A stretch of 64,000 bases of DNA from Chlamydiales bacterium (GCA_965206695.1 CBDBKM010000005.1:1-64000); one strand, 5' to 3'. Positions 50,681 to 61,885 are shown, numbered from the stretch's first letter. Numbers and translations are program-made. Notes: generated by a model from the sequence alone, not told the origin.

Positions 50681-51865
50681 ATGAAAGTCGCAATAAACAT
50701 TAATGATTTAGGTCTTGGCCAAAGAAGAAAAATTTTTCCAACCGAGATCTTTCGATACGTCGATAACCTACTAAACCTATTAAAAGATCATCCTTTTTTA
50801 ACTCCTTTATTTTTTGTTAATGATCCTACAGAAAACCTTCTCGATGCCAGACAGTATCTCGTTAGCAACAATATGGTCTCAAATACTTTTTTCCCTCAAT
50901 GGGAGCATTACCAAAAGTCCAAAACACTTTGTTCAATAGATCCTATTGCTATAAAAGATGTCTCTCTTATTCATTTTCCTTCTACCTGTTTTATTCCCCC
51001 GGAAGAATTACATTTAAAACCTTTTCAAAGGACTATCTATACCGTACATGACACTCTTTGCTACCTATATCCTGAATTTTATGACTCTAACACTCTTAAA
51101 AGCTCAATAGCATATCTTAAACAACTGAATCGAAATAGTTGGATTCTGTGTCCTTCCGGCTCTGCTAAATATACAATCTGTAATTATTGTGATATCGATC
51201 CTGATCGTGTCATCATTAATTCTTATGCTGCTTGTACAAAAACGTTTTATCCCTGCAGCGATCAATCTATTTTCAATAGTTTGAAAACAAAATATAAAAT
51301 CGGCGATACCCCCTATCTTCTCTGTGTCGGCAGATTGGAAGACAGAAAAAATACACATCATATTATCCGCTCTTTTATTCATCTCATAGAGCAAGAAAAG
51401 ATCCATGATCTCAATCTCATCTTCTGTGGTGCCATTACCCCTCCATCGGACTCTATCTTCCATACCTATAATCAATATATCCTTGAAAGAGGTTATCAGG
51501 ATCGGGTTACCCATATTCCATTTATTGAAAACAAGTATTTGGCCACTATTTATTCCAATGCCTTAGCCTCTGTTTTTTTACCTATCTATGAAGATTTTGG
51601 ACTTCCCGCTCTAGAAGCCATGCAATGTGCTACACCCCTCATAACCGCTCATAACTCATCTATTCCTGAAGTAGTTGGTGATGCCGGCATCATGATAGAT
51701 AACAATGATCAAGATGCTTTTGCACAAAAAGTGTTATCTCTTTATCACTCTGATAAACTAAGACAGTCATATATTAAAAAGGGATTAGAAAGAGCGAAGT
51801 TATTTAGCCGGGATAAGCATTTCCGAAAACTTCTTCATACCTATCAACAAGCATTGAATGCATAA
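50681..51865 (+). CDS. GT4 glycosyltransferase 5
   Basis: TVHDTL, GRLEDRKN and YEDFGLPALEAM; C-terminal half very similar to 45916. Confidence 0.88.
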   Translation: MKVAININDLGLGQRRKIFPTEIFRYVDNLLNLLKDHPFLTPLFFVNDPTENLLDARQYLVSNNMVSNTFFPQWEHYQKSKTLCSIDPIAIKDVSLIHFPSTCFIPPEELHLKPFQRTIYTVHDTLCYLYPEFYDSNTLKSSIAYLKQLNRNSWILCPSGSAKYTICNYCDIDPDRVIINSYAACTKTFYPCSDQSIFNSLKTKYKIGDTPYLLCVGRLEDRKNTHHIIRSFIHLIEQEKIHDLNLIFCGAITPPSDSIFHTYNQYILERGYQDRVTHIPFIENKYLATIYSNALASVFLPIYEDFGLPALEAMQCATPLITAHNSSIPEVVGDAGIMIDNNDQDAFAQKVLSLYHSDKLRQSYIKKGLERAKLFSRDKHFRKLLHTYQQALNA

Positions 51866-51889
51866 AATTTTAAGATATCTATACCTATA

Positions 51890-52825
51890 TAGTATTTTAA
51901 TTTTTATTTGATAATATGTTATCCTTCTTTTTTTATACAAACAGTAAGGACAAAACAATGCCTAGAGCCTATTCAGTAGATCTTCGAGAGAAAGTATGAC
52001 AACATATAGAAAAACATCATGATAAAAAAACAGCCGGCCATATTTTTCAAGTAGATATCGCAACAATATATCGATGGATCTTGCAAAAAAAGCAAAAAGG
52101 ACATTTAAAGCCAATCCGCAGAAAATATGCTTATAAGAAATTAGATGATGAGTTGTTATCTAAATATGTAGAAAAACATCCGGATTATTTTTTATCGGAA
52201 ATTGCTGATTATTTTTCAGTCACTCCGCAAACGATTTTTTATGCCCTTAAAAGATTAAAAATTACACGAAAAAAAAAAACTACTCGCTATAAGGAAAGAG
52301 ATGAAAAGAAACGGGAAGCTTTTATGAAAGATTTAAAAAATATTCCCTTTGACAAGAGAATTTATCTCGATGAAACCGGGATTCATCAATTTTTATTTCG
52401 TGAGTCCGGAAGAAGCTTACGCGGCAAAAGAGTTTTTGGAGCGGTTTCAGGAAACCGCTTTATAAGGCAAAATATTATTTCAGCCCTATCTAAAGGGCAG
52501 TTTTTATCTCCAATGTGTTTTGAAGGTACTTGTAATACCGGGTTATTCAATATTTGGCTTAAGGAAGTTTTGACTCCTCAGCTTACACCCGGTAGTGTTC
52601 TTATTCTTGACAATGCCGGTTTTCACAAGTCAGCGGAAAGCAGGAAAACAGTAGAATCTGCCGGTTGTAAGCTTATGTTTCTTCCTCCATATTCTCCGGA
52701 CTTAAATCCTATAGAAAAATATTGGGCTAATATGAAAAATAAAGTTAGAGAGATATTACGAAAAGTTACGAATTTTAAATTCGCCATTGATCAAGCAATC
52801 TTATCAATGTAAAATTAAATGACTA
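51890..52825 (+). mobile_element. IS630-family element, copy 3 (A11 fused frame but TGA at codon 14)
   Basis: Near-identical to copy 1; TA flanks; ATG 51958, TGA 51997-51999. Confidence 0.95.
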
Positions 52826-52906
52826 TACATTTGAAAAAAAAATGTCATTAACTCATATTACACTTTTCGAAAAAGCATTTAAAAAATTGAACAGGTAATG
52901 CACTAA

Positions 52907-54010
52907 ATGCCACAAATTAATGCTGTTGGACTTCTTCAAGAAGCGGCTCAGTTAATCGATCATATTGCCCCTCTATCTGCTATCATGAGGATACCGCTTT
53001 TAAGTAATGAAATTAGTGTCAAACTAACTTACGAGAAATATTACCCTGATCTCAGTATATTATTTACTAAGTGGGATCCCTCCTATTTATATCAAAATTT
53101 CTCGGCTGTTTTTTATCCGTTCCCCCTTAATCTTCCTTTAAAAAAATCCATTCAAAATGTCATCGCTACACCTTCTAAAAAAGAGACGAAACCTTTTAAG
53201 CTTATCTATCATCTTCATGGATGTTCCGATAAAGGATACTGCCAATCTTGGGATGGTAAAATAAATCATATCCTCGATGCCGATCTTATCTTGCTATATG
53301 GCCAAAGTATGGTCGATCTTTTCAAAAATAGAGGTATGTTATCCAAATTAAAACAATATGCCTTAGTCGGTAACTATCGTTATGCTTATTATCTGAAGCA
53401 TAAAAAATTCTATGATGAGCTTGTAGACTTTGAAATATTTAATCGTTTTGCAGAAAAGCAATACACTATTATTTACGCCCCTTCATGGAAAGATATTGAA
53501 AATTCTTCTTCCTTTGATGAGGCTTATCAATATGTACTTCATAATGTACCTAAACAGTATAATTTGCTTGTAAAACTCCACCCTTTAATGGCTCAGAAAA
53601 GAAAGGGTTATGATCCCAATCCTATCTTTGATATTTTAAAACAATATCTCTATAAACCTAATCTTGTCATTCTACCGGATTATCCTCTCGTCTACCCTCT
53701 TTTAGAAAAAGCCGATATCTATCTTGGAGACCTCTCCAGTATTGGTTACGACTTTTTGAATTTCAATAAACCCATGTTCTTTTTGAACCATAACCGATAT
53801 GATATTTCAAAAGACAAAAGTATTAACCTATATCAAACCGGTATAACGATAGAGCCTGAACAATTCTCTCAGCTCTATGAGGTTATCGATGAACATCTGG
53901 CTGATGATAAAGACCAATTCTCTAAAGTACGAGGTGAAATGGTGACCTATGCTTTTGGCAAACTGCAGTCTATATCAGAAATAAGAACACAAATTGAAAG
54001 CTTAATTTAA
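52907..54010 (+). CDS. TagF-like protein C
   Basis: HGCSDKGY, YAPSW, VKLHP and YLGDLSSIGYD motifs. Confidence 0.78.
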   Translation: MPQINAVGLLQEAAQLIDHIAPLSAIMRIPLLSNEISVKLTYEKYYPDLSILFTKWDPSYLYQNFSAVFYPFPLNLPLKKSIQNVIATPSKKETKPFKLIYHLHGCSDKGYCQSWDGKINHILDADLILLYGQSMVDLFKNRGMLSKLKQYALVGNYRYAYYLKHKKFYDELVDFEIFNRFAEKQYTIIYAPSWKDIENSSSFDEAYQYVLHNVPKQYNLLVKLHPLMAQKRKGYDPNPIFDILKQYLYKPNLVILPDYPLVYPLLEKADIYLGDLSSIGYDFLNFNKPMFFLNHNRYDISKDKSINLYQTGITIEPEQFSQLYEVIDEHLADDKDQFSKVRGEMVTYAFGKLQSISEIRTQIESLI

Positions 54011-54012
54011 AC

Positions 54013-55131
54013 ATGCCTTTAACAGACGCTGTTAGCTTTAACTCTGTCCCCCTTCAGGGATTTGATCATCTGGCCAGTTTTTGTGCTTTTCTTAACATCC
54101 CGCTATTAACAGATAACCTTCATTCAAAGTTAATAGCAGAAAGATTGTATCCTGATCTTCATTGTCACCTTCAGGAACTTAATCTCTACGATCTTATCAC
54201 AGAATACGACACCTTTATCCATACTTTTGAATTTCAAAATACCTTTGATGATTTTTATAAAGAGGTGAAGAAATCAAACCCGGCATCATCTATTTTAAAT
54301 AAAAAGATCCGTCATATCCATATGCAACATGGTTGCTCTGATAAAGGTTACCTTTCGGAAGGAAGAGGTCACCTTCATATAACCCATGCGGATTTGGTTT
54401 TGTCTTCCGGGCAACGGATGATAGACCTGTATAAAGACATTGGCATCCTTCCTAAAATAAAATCCCTCATATGTACGGGAAACGTGCGCTATCAGTATTA
54501 TTTACAACATAAAGATTTCTACGATACCTTAATAAATGATGAAATACTCTTAAGCTTCAAAGAAAAAAAACCCATCATACTATATGCTCCCAGCTTCGAT
54601 GATGATGAAAACTCATCGTCGTTTAACATAATAGCACCTATTCTTTTAGAAAAGTTACCCGACACCTACAACCTTATCATTAAGCTTCATCCGTACCTAA
54701 CACAACCTCATAAAGGTTATCGCCCTGATAGATTAAAGGCACTTTTAAAAAGGTACGAAAAGCAATCTAATCTTGTTATTCTTCCTAACTATCCTCTTGT
54801 CTACCCTATATTAAATGCTACTGATATCTTTTTAGGAGATTTTTCTTCGGTTGGTTATGATTGTCTGGCATTTGATATTCCTATGTATTTTTTTAACCAT
54901 AATGATTTAAATATTAAAACTGATAAGAGTGCTTACCTCCATCGATGTGGACTAAGTCTTCTGCCAAAAGATTTTCCCCATCTCTATTCAATAATAGATA
55001 AAACGCTTCAAGACAATCTCCGAATATTTAAAAAAAAAAGACAAGAGACTTATTCGTATGCTTTTGCAAAAGATATCGACCTTAAAAAAAATCTTGATAA
55101 AGCCCTTATTGATCTAAATGCAGTTGACTAA
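54013..55131 (+). CDS. TagF-like protein D
   Basis: HGCSDKGY, YAPSF, IKLHP and FLGDFSSVGYD motifs. Confidence 0.78.
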   Translation: MPLTDAVSFNSVPLQGFDHLASFCAFLNIPLLTDNLHSKLIAERLYPDLHCHLQELNLYDLITEYDTFIHTFEFQNTFDDFYKEVKKSNPASSILNKKIRHIHMQHGCSDKGYLSEGRGHLHITHADLVLSSGQRMIDLYKDIGILPKIKSLICTGNVRYQYYLQHKDFYDTLINDEILLSFKEKKPIILYAPSFDDDENSSSFNIIAPILLEKLPDTYNLIIKLHPYLTQPHKGYRPDRLKALLKRYEKQSNLVILPNYPLVYPILNATDIFLGDFSSVGYDCLAFDIPMYFFNHNDLNIKTDKSAYLHRCGLSLLPKDFPHLYSIIDKTLQDNLRIFKKKRQETYSYAFAKDIDLKKNLDKALIDLNAVD

Positions 55132-55618
55132 TGATTTCTTTTTGAAGAGCTTGAATTTCTTGAAAAGAGGTCTCCATCTTCTTGATACAAAGGATCTCAG
55201 AAGTTGTGGCATCCTCAAAAAAAAGGATCTCGCTATTTTTAGAGTCCATTAGCTCTCTTCTTAATACCAATTGTGAGCACCTTTCTAAATACCGGGCTAA
55301 AACATAAGCCATATGAAAAGTCTCACTCTTTTCATTGCTAAGCATTTCCTTTAGTAATACCAAAGCCTTTTCATCAGGTGTTTTAGTTTTTTCCTTTTTT
55401 GATTTTGGTTTAAACTTTCCTTTCCAAATACCCCAGGCTTTTTTTAGTTTTTTTTCCTTTTTAAGCCTATCAAAACATTCTGAACAAAAATCCTTTCTCT
55501 CAACATATTCTATCTTACCCTTAAGAATAGAGACAATTTCCATTCCATCAGTAAAAACCTCTTTATTTCCTGAACAAACGGGTGATCTACCCGGTATTTT
55601 TCCTTGAAAAGCGTGCAT
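55106..55618 (-). CDS. Hypothetical protein with CxxC motif
   Basis: Good RBS (GGAGGA); RKDFCSECF; last gene of the minus-strand run. Confidence 0.7.
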   Translation of the reverse strand: MHAFQGKIPGRSPVCSGNKEVFTDGMEIVSILKGKIEYVERKDFCSECFDRLKKEKKLKKAWGIWKGKFKPKSKKEKTKTPDEKALVLLKEMLSNEKSETFHMAYVLARYLERCSQLVLRRELMDSKNSEILFFEDATTSEILCIKKMETSFQEIQALQKEIISQLHLDQ

Positions 55619-55627
55619 AATTTCCTC

Positions 55628-56353
55628 CTATGCCTTAGAGGCATACAGTATGAAAACTACCGGTTTTTTGTCGAGCAACACATCGTTCTTATCCCACTCA
55701 TTAATTTTTTTTGTCATCACAAATTGATCCGGCATGGTTAAATTGCAAGCAACAGAAAACAATGTATCCGGACTTAACGTCTCTATAGCCGCTTGATGCA
55801 TATGGGTATTTCTATAGGGAGCTTCAATAAAGATTTCTGAAGACTTAAATTGTTTAGATTTCTTTTCCAATTGTTTTAGAGCCTTTTCTCTTTCATTAGG
55901 ATACCTGGGCAAATATCCGTTAAAACTAAAACGCTGGCCGGGAAGTCCGGATAAAAGTAATGAGAGATAGATAGAAGAGGGGCCAACAAAGGCCGATACC
56001 TTTATATTTTTTTTATAGGCCTTTTGTACTAGTTGATCACCCGGATCAGCGATACATGGTAATCCGGCATCTGAGACAAACCCCCAGGTTTCTCCCGATT
56101 CCATTGGCTCTAATAAAAAATCGAGATCACTAAATGGGGTATGTTCATTTAATATCGCTAAAGTTATCTGATAAGGCGGTTTTTTAGTTTGAAATCGATT
56201 TAAATAAGAACGTCCTTTTTGGGGGCTTTCTGCTATTAACCCATCAATTTCTTTTAAAGCTTGATCAACACTTTGAGGTAAAAAATCTCTATGATCCTTA
56301 ACCTTTCCCAATAAATTAGGTAATAAAAATAGAGCTCCTTTTTCTTTACTCAT
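55628..56353 (-). CDS. RsmI-like tetrapyrrole-methylase-family SAM methyltransferase
   Basis: SDAGLPCIADPG, GPSS, FNGYLP and FIEAPYR motifs. Confidence 0.85.
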   Translation of the reverse strand: MSKEKGALFLLPNLLGKVKDHRDFLPQSVDQALKEIDGLIAESPQKGRSYLNRFQTKKPPYQITLAILNEHTPFSDLDFLLEPMESGETWGFVSDAGLPCIADPGDQLVQKAYKKNIKVSAFVGPSSIYLSLLLSGLPGQRFSFNGYLPRYPNEREKALKQLEKKSKQFKSSEIFIEAPYRNTHMHQAAIETLSPDTLFSVACNLTMPDQFVMTKKINEWDKNDVLLDKKPVVFILYASKA

Positions 56354-57369
56354 GAAACTATTCCTATTTTAGCGATCTGAATGCAGAGAAGCTCTGATAC
56401 AGCTCTTGGATTGCTCATGATTTCTCTGGATTGCACTTCTATTTCATGAATACGCATAAGCGCTTGTTTCAAATTAGCATGACTATAGATCTCTGCTAAC
56501 TGCAAATTTTTTATAAAAAATTTTCCTCTCTGCTTAGGAAGACTCTGCTCAATTTCTTGATAACTCTTGCCTTCTTCTTTTAAGGAAAGCAATTGATAGC
56601 TATTTTGAAATTGATGCCTTAAGGTGGCAACAAAAACGGGTAAGACTAATCCTTGATTGAAAAGATAATCCACTACTTTTAAAGCTTTTGCCAATGCACC
56701 TTCGAGCAAATAATTGCCTACTTTCCAAACCGTGTCATGTAATGCTATTGAAGATAATACTTTCACATCTTCGATCGTAATATCAATACGCGCATTTACA
56801 TAACAAATTAATTTTTCTATTTCTCCGGATATAAGCCCTTGAGTAGGCCCTATTCGTTTGACTAATTGCATAGCTGTAGCATAAGTCATATTTTTTTTTG
56901 CAGATCGAACAGATTGTTCAATCCATTTAGCTAAACGCTCTTCTTTTTCCCATGGCTTTTCTTGTAATAAGTCTAAGATAACCCCGGCTTTTTCAGCTTT
57001 TTTAAAAAAAAGATGCTGATCTCTTTCCCGACAAGTCAAGATCAAGCGAATACCCGGGTTTGGATGGTCTAAAAAGCGAGCTAGGGCATCCAAAATAGGT
57101 TTCTTCAATTTATGAATTTGATGAATAATAACGATTTCTTTGTCAGTAAATAAAGACATCCCAAATAAATAAGTTTCTAAAGTGGCAAGAGAAACATCCT
57201 CACCTAACAAAACCTTCGGCTGACCTAAATCAGATAGAGTTACAATGTGCTTTACCAACAATCGGCAAGTGAAGTCTTCTTTATCACAAATAAGATAAAG
57301 ATCCATAAGATGCTGTTTAGAGGACTCTCTTAGATGACTTTCAAAGGATTTGATATTTGTATATTTCAT
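56350..57369 (-). CDS. holA: DNA polymerase III delta subunit
   Basis: MSLF and EIEKLICY motifs; 339-aa length; adjacent to the methyltransferase as in chlamydial genomes. Confidence 0.8.
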   Translation of the reverse strand: MKYTNIKSFESHLRESSKQHLMDLYLICDKEDFTCRLLVKHIVTLSDLGQPKVLLGEDVSLATLETYLFGMSLFTDKEIVIIHQIHKLKKPILDALARFLDHPNPGIRLILTCRERDQHLFFKKAEKAGVILDLLQEKPWEKEERLAKWIEQSVRSAKKNMTYATAMQLVKRIGPTQGLISGEIEKLICYVNARIDITIEDVKVLSSIALHDTVWKVGNYLLEGALAKALKVVDYLFNQGLVLPVFVATLRHQFQNSYQLLSLKEEGKSYQEIEQSLPKQRGKFFIKNLQLAEIYSHANLKQALMRIHEIEVQSREIMSNPRAVSELLCIQIAKIGIVS

Positions 57370-57379
57370 TAATTATCTC

Positions 57380-58264
57380 TTAGTAATATCTATGAACAAT
57401 TTTTTGAGCTATCATTTCAAGATTGTCTGTATTAAAAGGAAGTGGTGATAGATCTTCTAAAGCACTTTCCAAGAGATTTTCTGCCGTTATTTTAGCCTCT
57501 TTAACACTCATTAGATTAACAAATGTTATTTTATCATTCATTTGATCAGAACAAATCGACTTACCCAGCACTTCTTTTTTAGAAGTGGCGTCTAAAATAT
57601 CATCTACTATTTGAAAAGCAAGACCTATCTTACTACCAAAGCTCTCTAAGATTTTTTCTTCTTTTTTGGAAGCATTAGCAATGATAGCACCAAATAAAAG
57701 GCTGGCAATAAACATAGCGCCCGTCTTATATGCATGAATGGTTCTCAATGTCTTCATATCGATTTTTTCTTTCATAGCTAAGAGATCAAGAGATTGCCCT
57801 AATACCATGCCATCGCCTCCGGAAAGAGATGCTAAGACTTCTATTAATCGAACTTTTTGATCATTAGAAATACCGGAAGATTTAGCTATCACTAAAAATG
57901 CATGAGTTAAAAGATAATCTCCTGCTAATACAGCTTGACCTTCGGAAAAAGCTTTATGCACCGAAGGTCTACCACGACGCCAATCATCATCATCCATACA
58001 TGGAAGATCATCATGAATCAAGGAATAAGTATGAATCATTTCAAGAGCACAGGCAGAGTCTATTGCATTAAATACCTCTTTACCTAACATTTGAGCCGTT
58101 ACAAGACAGATTAGCGGTCGTAATCTTTTGCCTTTTGCTAAAAGAGCATAACGCACAACTTGATACAAAAGATTTTCCTTGTCCAAGGAAACCGGTATCA
58201 AAGCTTTTAGTCGCCCTTCAATAAGGCTCATTTGTTCTTTAAGGTCATTAAATAGTGTCTGCAT
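57380..58264 (-). CDS. ispA: Farnesyl/geranylgeranyl diphosphate synthase
   Basis: GKRLRP, SLIHDDLPCMDDDDWRRG and AFQIVDDILD; ATG 58264 preferred. Confidence 0.92.
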   Translation of the reverse strand: MQTLFNDLKEQMSLIEGRLKALIPVSLDKENLLYQVVRYALLAKGKRLRPLICLVTAQMLGKEVFNAIDSACALEMIHTYSLIHDDLPCMDDDDWRRGRPSVHKAFSEGQAVLAGDYLLTHAFLVIAKSSGISNDQKVRLIEVLASLSGGDGMVLGQSLDLLAMKEKIDMKTLRTIHAYKTGAMFIASLLFGAIIANASKKEEKILESFGSKIGLAFQIVDDILDATSKKEVLGKSICSDQMNDKITFVNLMSVKEAKITAENLLESALEDLSPLPFNTDNLEMIAQKIVHRYY

Positions 58265-59600
58265 AAGCTCTAGGTCTACCAATACAAATATAATCAAAAC
58301 CAATCATTGCCATCTCTTTAGGAGAATACTGATTTCTTCCATCAAAAAAAGCACGGCCTTGCATATTTTTTAGAATCGATTCAAAATCAATAACTCGAAA
58401 TTGTTTCCATTCGGTTAAAAGAATGATAGCCTGAGCACCTTTTGCCGCCTCAATTTCACTCTTACACCATGAAATTAATGACTTATGATGTTTTAAAAGT
58501 GCTTTGGCATTTTCCATTGCGATTGGATCATAAACCTGAAATTTAGCTCCTAAGCAAATAAGATCCTCAATTAAAATAAGAGAAGGCGCTTGTCTCATAT
58601 CATCCGTATCCGGTTTAAAAGACAGACCCCATAGAGCAAACACTTTATTCTCTATACTCTCTTTTGAAAAGTAGTATTCCAAAATCTTTTTTCCCAATAC
58701 ATGCTTCTGTCTTTTATTCACATCTTCAATGGCATTAAGCATCATAGTCGGATAATTCAGATTCCTGGCTGTTCCTCTTAAGGCTGTAATATCTTTTGGA
58801 AAACACGACCCTCCATAACCAACTCCCGGATAAAGAAATTGATATCCGATCCTTTTATCTGCACCAACTGCCCGTCTAACTTGAGTCACATCTGCGTCCA
58901 ATAATTCACACAACCCTGCAATTTCGTTCATAAAGGAAATACGAGAAGCCAGCATGGCATTAGCAGCGTACTTTGTCATTTCAGCCGAGACCACATCCAT
59001 CACTAATATGCGTTCATTACTCAAATTAAAGGGAGCATATAACTCTTTCAAAAGCGCTGCAACACGCACATCATCCACTCCGATAACAATACGATCCGGC
59101 TTCATAAAATCTTGAATAGCGTTTCCTTCTTTCAAAAATTCCGGGTTAGAAGCCACATCAAATTCCACCGACACCTTACGTTCGAAAAGGACTTGTGAAA
59201 TAATCGCCTTAACTTGTTTACCGGTACCAACAGGAACTGTGGATTTGTTAACGATAAAATGATACTCATTCATGTGTTCAGCAATAGAAGCCACTGCCGC
59301 TCGAACATATTTTAAATCGGCTATATCTTCCTCTGACGGAGGCGTTGAAACAGCAATAAAACAAGCAACGGAGTTGGAAACACCCTCTGCATAACTCGTT
59401 GTGAAATGAAGACGTTTGTTTTCAACATTACGTTTTACAAGCTCTTCTAATCCCGGTTCATAAATGGGAATCTTTCCCTTCTTGAGCTTATTAATTTTAT
59501 CTTTGTCAATATCAAGACAAATAACGCGATGGCCCATCTCTGCAAAACAGGTACCGGTAACAAGGCCGACATAACCTGTTCCTACAATTAATATGTTCAT
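58248..59600 (-). CDS. ugd: UDP-glucose 6-dehydrogenase
   Basis: GTGYVG, KSTVPVGT, SNPEFLKEG, GYGGSCFPKD and FKPDTDDMR motifs. Confidence 0.94.
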   Translation of the reverse strand: MNILIVGTGYVGLVTGTCFAEMGHRVICLDIDKDKINKLKKGKIPIYEPGLEELVKRNVENKRLHFTTSYAEGVSNSVACFIAVSTPPSEEDIADLKYVRAAVASIAEHMNEYHFIVNKSTVPVGTGKQVKAIISQVLFERKVSVEFDVASNPEFLKEGNAIQDFMKPDRIVIGVDDVRVAALLKELYAPFNLSNERILVMDVVSAEMTKYAANAMLASRISFMNEIAGLCELLDADVTQVRRAVGADKRIGYQFLYPGVGYGGSCFPKDITALRGTARNLNYPTMMLNAIEDVNKRQKHVLGKKILEYYFSKESIENKVFALWGLSFKPDTDDMRQAPSLILIEDLICLGAKFQVYDPIAMENAKALLKHHKSLISWCKSEIEAAKGAQAIILLTEWKQFRVIDFESILKNMQGRAFFDGRNQYSPKEMAMIGFDYICIGRPRAYADTI

Positions 59601-59604
59601 CGCA

Positions 59605-60633
59605 TTAGTTCTCCCAATCTAAAATCACTTTTCCGGATTCACCTGACATCATAGTATGAAATCCTTTTTCAAATTCTTCCGCAGGAAAACGATGCGTAAT
59701 CACCGGTGTGACATCCAGACCGCTTTGTAACATACTAACCATCTTATACCAGGTTTCAAAAATTTCTCTACCATATATCCCTTTTAAGAAAAGTCCTTTA
59801 AAAATGACATGATGCCAGTTAATCGAAACATCTGTGGTAGGAATACCTAATAAAGCAATTTTAGCTCCATGCATAGAAACTTCAAAAATAGATTGTAACG
59901 CTTCAGGGCTACCTGACATTTCCATGATCACATCGAATCCGACAACCATCTTTTGTTGTTTAACAATGAAAGGCAGAGACGTTTGCTTAATATTAATAGC
60001 CGCTGTGGCGCCCATTTTTTCGGCCAAATCTAATCGATAATCATTAATATCTGTTACAATAACTCGGCGAGCTCCTACATGTTTAGCTATAGCGGCGGCC
60101 ATAAGTCCTATCGGTCCGGACCCTGTAATCAATACATCTTCACCTACTAAGTCAAAAGATAGGGCCGTATGTACAGCATTTCCTAAAGGATCAAGAAAAG
60201 CACCAACCTCATCAGATATTTCATCCGGAAGAGGAAACGTATTTTCGGCAGGTATTGCAACATACTTTGCAAAACCGCCGTTACAGAGTATACCAACCCC
60301 AATAGTGTGCACACAAAGATGCCTGGTACCACCACGACAATTTCGACAATATCCACAGGTAATATGACCTTCAACCGAAACTCTTTGCCCTACTTTGAAT
60401 CCTTTGACTTGAGATCCCGCTTCAGCAATTTCACCCATAAATTCATGTCCGATAGTCACCGGAACTTTAACAGCTTTCTGAGACCATTCATCCCACTTGT
60501 AGATATGTACATCCGTTCCACAAATAGAAGCCTTTTTTACTTTGATCAGAACTTCGTTAGGTTTATGTTTAGGTATTGGAACATCTTCCATCCATAAACC
60601 TTCTTCTGCTCTTCTTTTGACTATTGCCTTCAT
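59605..60633 (-). CDS. tdh: L-threonine 3-dehydrogenase
   Basis: [12 protein letters not shown], Zn-binding CxxCxxC and GIYGRE; adjacent to kbl; start MKAIVK. Confidence 0.95.
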   Translation of the reverse strand: MKAIVKRRAEEGLWMEDVPIPKHKPNEVLIKVKKASICGTDVHIYKWDEWSQKAVKVPVTIGHEFMGEIAEAGSQVKGFKVGQRVSVEGHITCGYCRNCRGGTRHLCVHTIGVGILCNGGFAKYVAIPAENTFPLPDEISDEVGAFLDPLGNAVHTALSFDLVGEDVLITGSGPIGLMAAAIAKHVGARRVIVTDINDYRLDLAEKMGATAAINIKQTSLPFIVKQQKMVVGFDVIMEMSGSPEALQSIFEVSMHGAKIALLGIPTTDVSINWHHVIFKGLFLKGIYGREIFETWYKMVSMLQSGLDVTPVITHRFPAEEFEKGFHTMMSGESGKVILDWEN

Positions 60634-60679
60634 AAATATTAAACCATTCACTTTGTAAATAAATTATAAATCCGGTTGC

Positions 60680-61870
60680 TTATTTGATTACCTCCATCTC
60701 ACGACCTACTATTGAAAATGCTTCTACAGCTTTATCTATATCCTCTTTGCTATGAGCGGCTGATATTTGAGTTCTGATACGCGCTTGATCTTTTGGCACA
60801 ACAGGATAGGAAAAACTAATGACATAGATTCCGTGTTTTAATAAACGATCCGCCATTTCGCCCGCAACTTTCGCATCCCCTAACATAACCGGAATAATAG
60901 GGTGGTCACCGGAGACCAGGGTAAAACCTAAATCTGTCATTTTTTTTCTAAAATAGGCACTATTTTCTTTTAACTTCTCTCTTAATTCGGAAGATTGCTC
61001 TAAAAGATCCAAAACGCTTAATGAAGCTTTCGCTATACTTGGTGATAAGGTATTAGAAAAAAGATAAGGCCTTGAACGTTGTCTAAGCCAATCGATTATT
61101 TCTTTTCTACCGGAAGTATAACCACCGGAAGCTCCACCCATAGCTTTACCTAAGGTTCCCGTAATGATATCAATCCGACCTAAAACCCCACAATATTCAT
61201 GTGTTCCCTTGCCATTTTCTCCCATAAAGCCAACAGCATGTGAATCATCGATAGCAACCAATGCATGATACTTATCTGCCAAATCACAAACTGCATGCAA
61301 ATCTGCTAAGATGCCGTCCATAGAAAAGACACCATCCGTTATAATTAGCTTATAATGGCAACCTTCTGCTTCTTTTAACTGCTCTTCCAAGTTTTGCATG
61401 TTATTATTTTTATAACGAAAACGCTTGGCTTTACATAAGCGAACACCATCGATAATACTTGCATGATTTAATTCATCACTTATGACAGCATCATCCGGGC
61501 CTAAAATCGTTTCAAAAAGCCCGCCATTTGCATCGAAACATGAAGAATATAAAATTGTATCTTCTGTACCCAGAAAATGGGTTAAGCGAGCTTCCAGTTC
61601 TTTATGAACTTTCGTTGTACCACAAATAAAACGAACGGAGGAGAGACCAAAACCATATTCATCTAATCCTTTTTTTGCCGCTTCAATAATCGCAGGATGG
61701 TTTCCTAAGCCTAAATAATTATTAGCGCAAAAATTTAATACGTGACTGCCGTCTTGAAGAGAGATATCAGCGCCTTGTGGAGAAGTGATAATGCGCTCAT
61801 CTTTAAACAATCCGGAATTTTTTAACTCGCTGATTTTATTGATTAGTTCGCTCAAAAAACCCTTATCCAT
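60680..61870 (-). CDS. kbl: 2-amino-3-ketobutyrate CoA ligase
   Basis: [29 protein letters not shown] and [10 protein letters not shown] motifs. Confidence 0.95.
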   Translation of the reverse strand: MDKGFLSELINKISELKNSGLFKDERIITSPQGADISLQDGSHVLNFCANNYLGLGNHPAIIEAAKKGLDEYGFGLSSVRFICGTTKVHKELEARLTHFLGTEDTILYSSCFDANGGLFETILGPDDAVISDELNHASIIDGVRLCKAKRFRYKNNNMQNLEEQLKEAEGCHYKLIITDGVFSMDGILADLHAVCDLADKYHALVAIDDSHAVGFMGENGKGTHEYCGVLGRIDIITGTLGKAMGGASGGYTSGRKEIIDWLRQRSRPYLFSNTLSPSIAKASLSVLDLLEQSSELREKLKENSAYFRKKMTDLGFTLVSGDHPIIPVMLGDAKVAGEMADRLLKHGIYVISFSYPVVPKDQARIRTQISAAHSKEDIDKAVEAFSIVGREMEVIK

Positions 61871-61885
61871 AATTCCTCCAATTTT

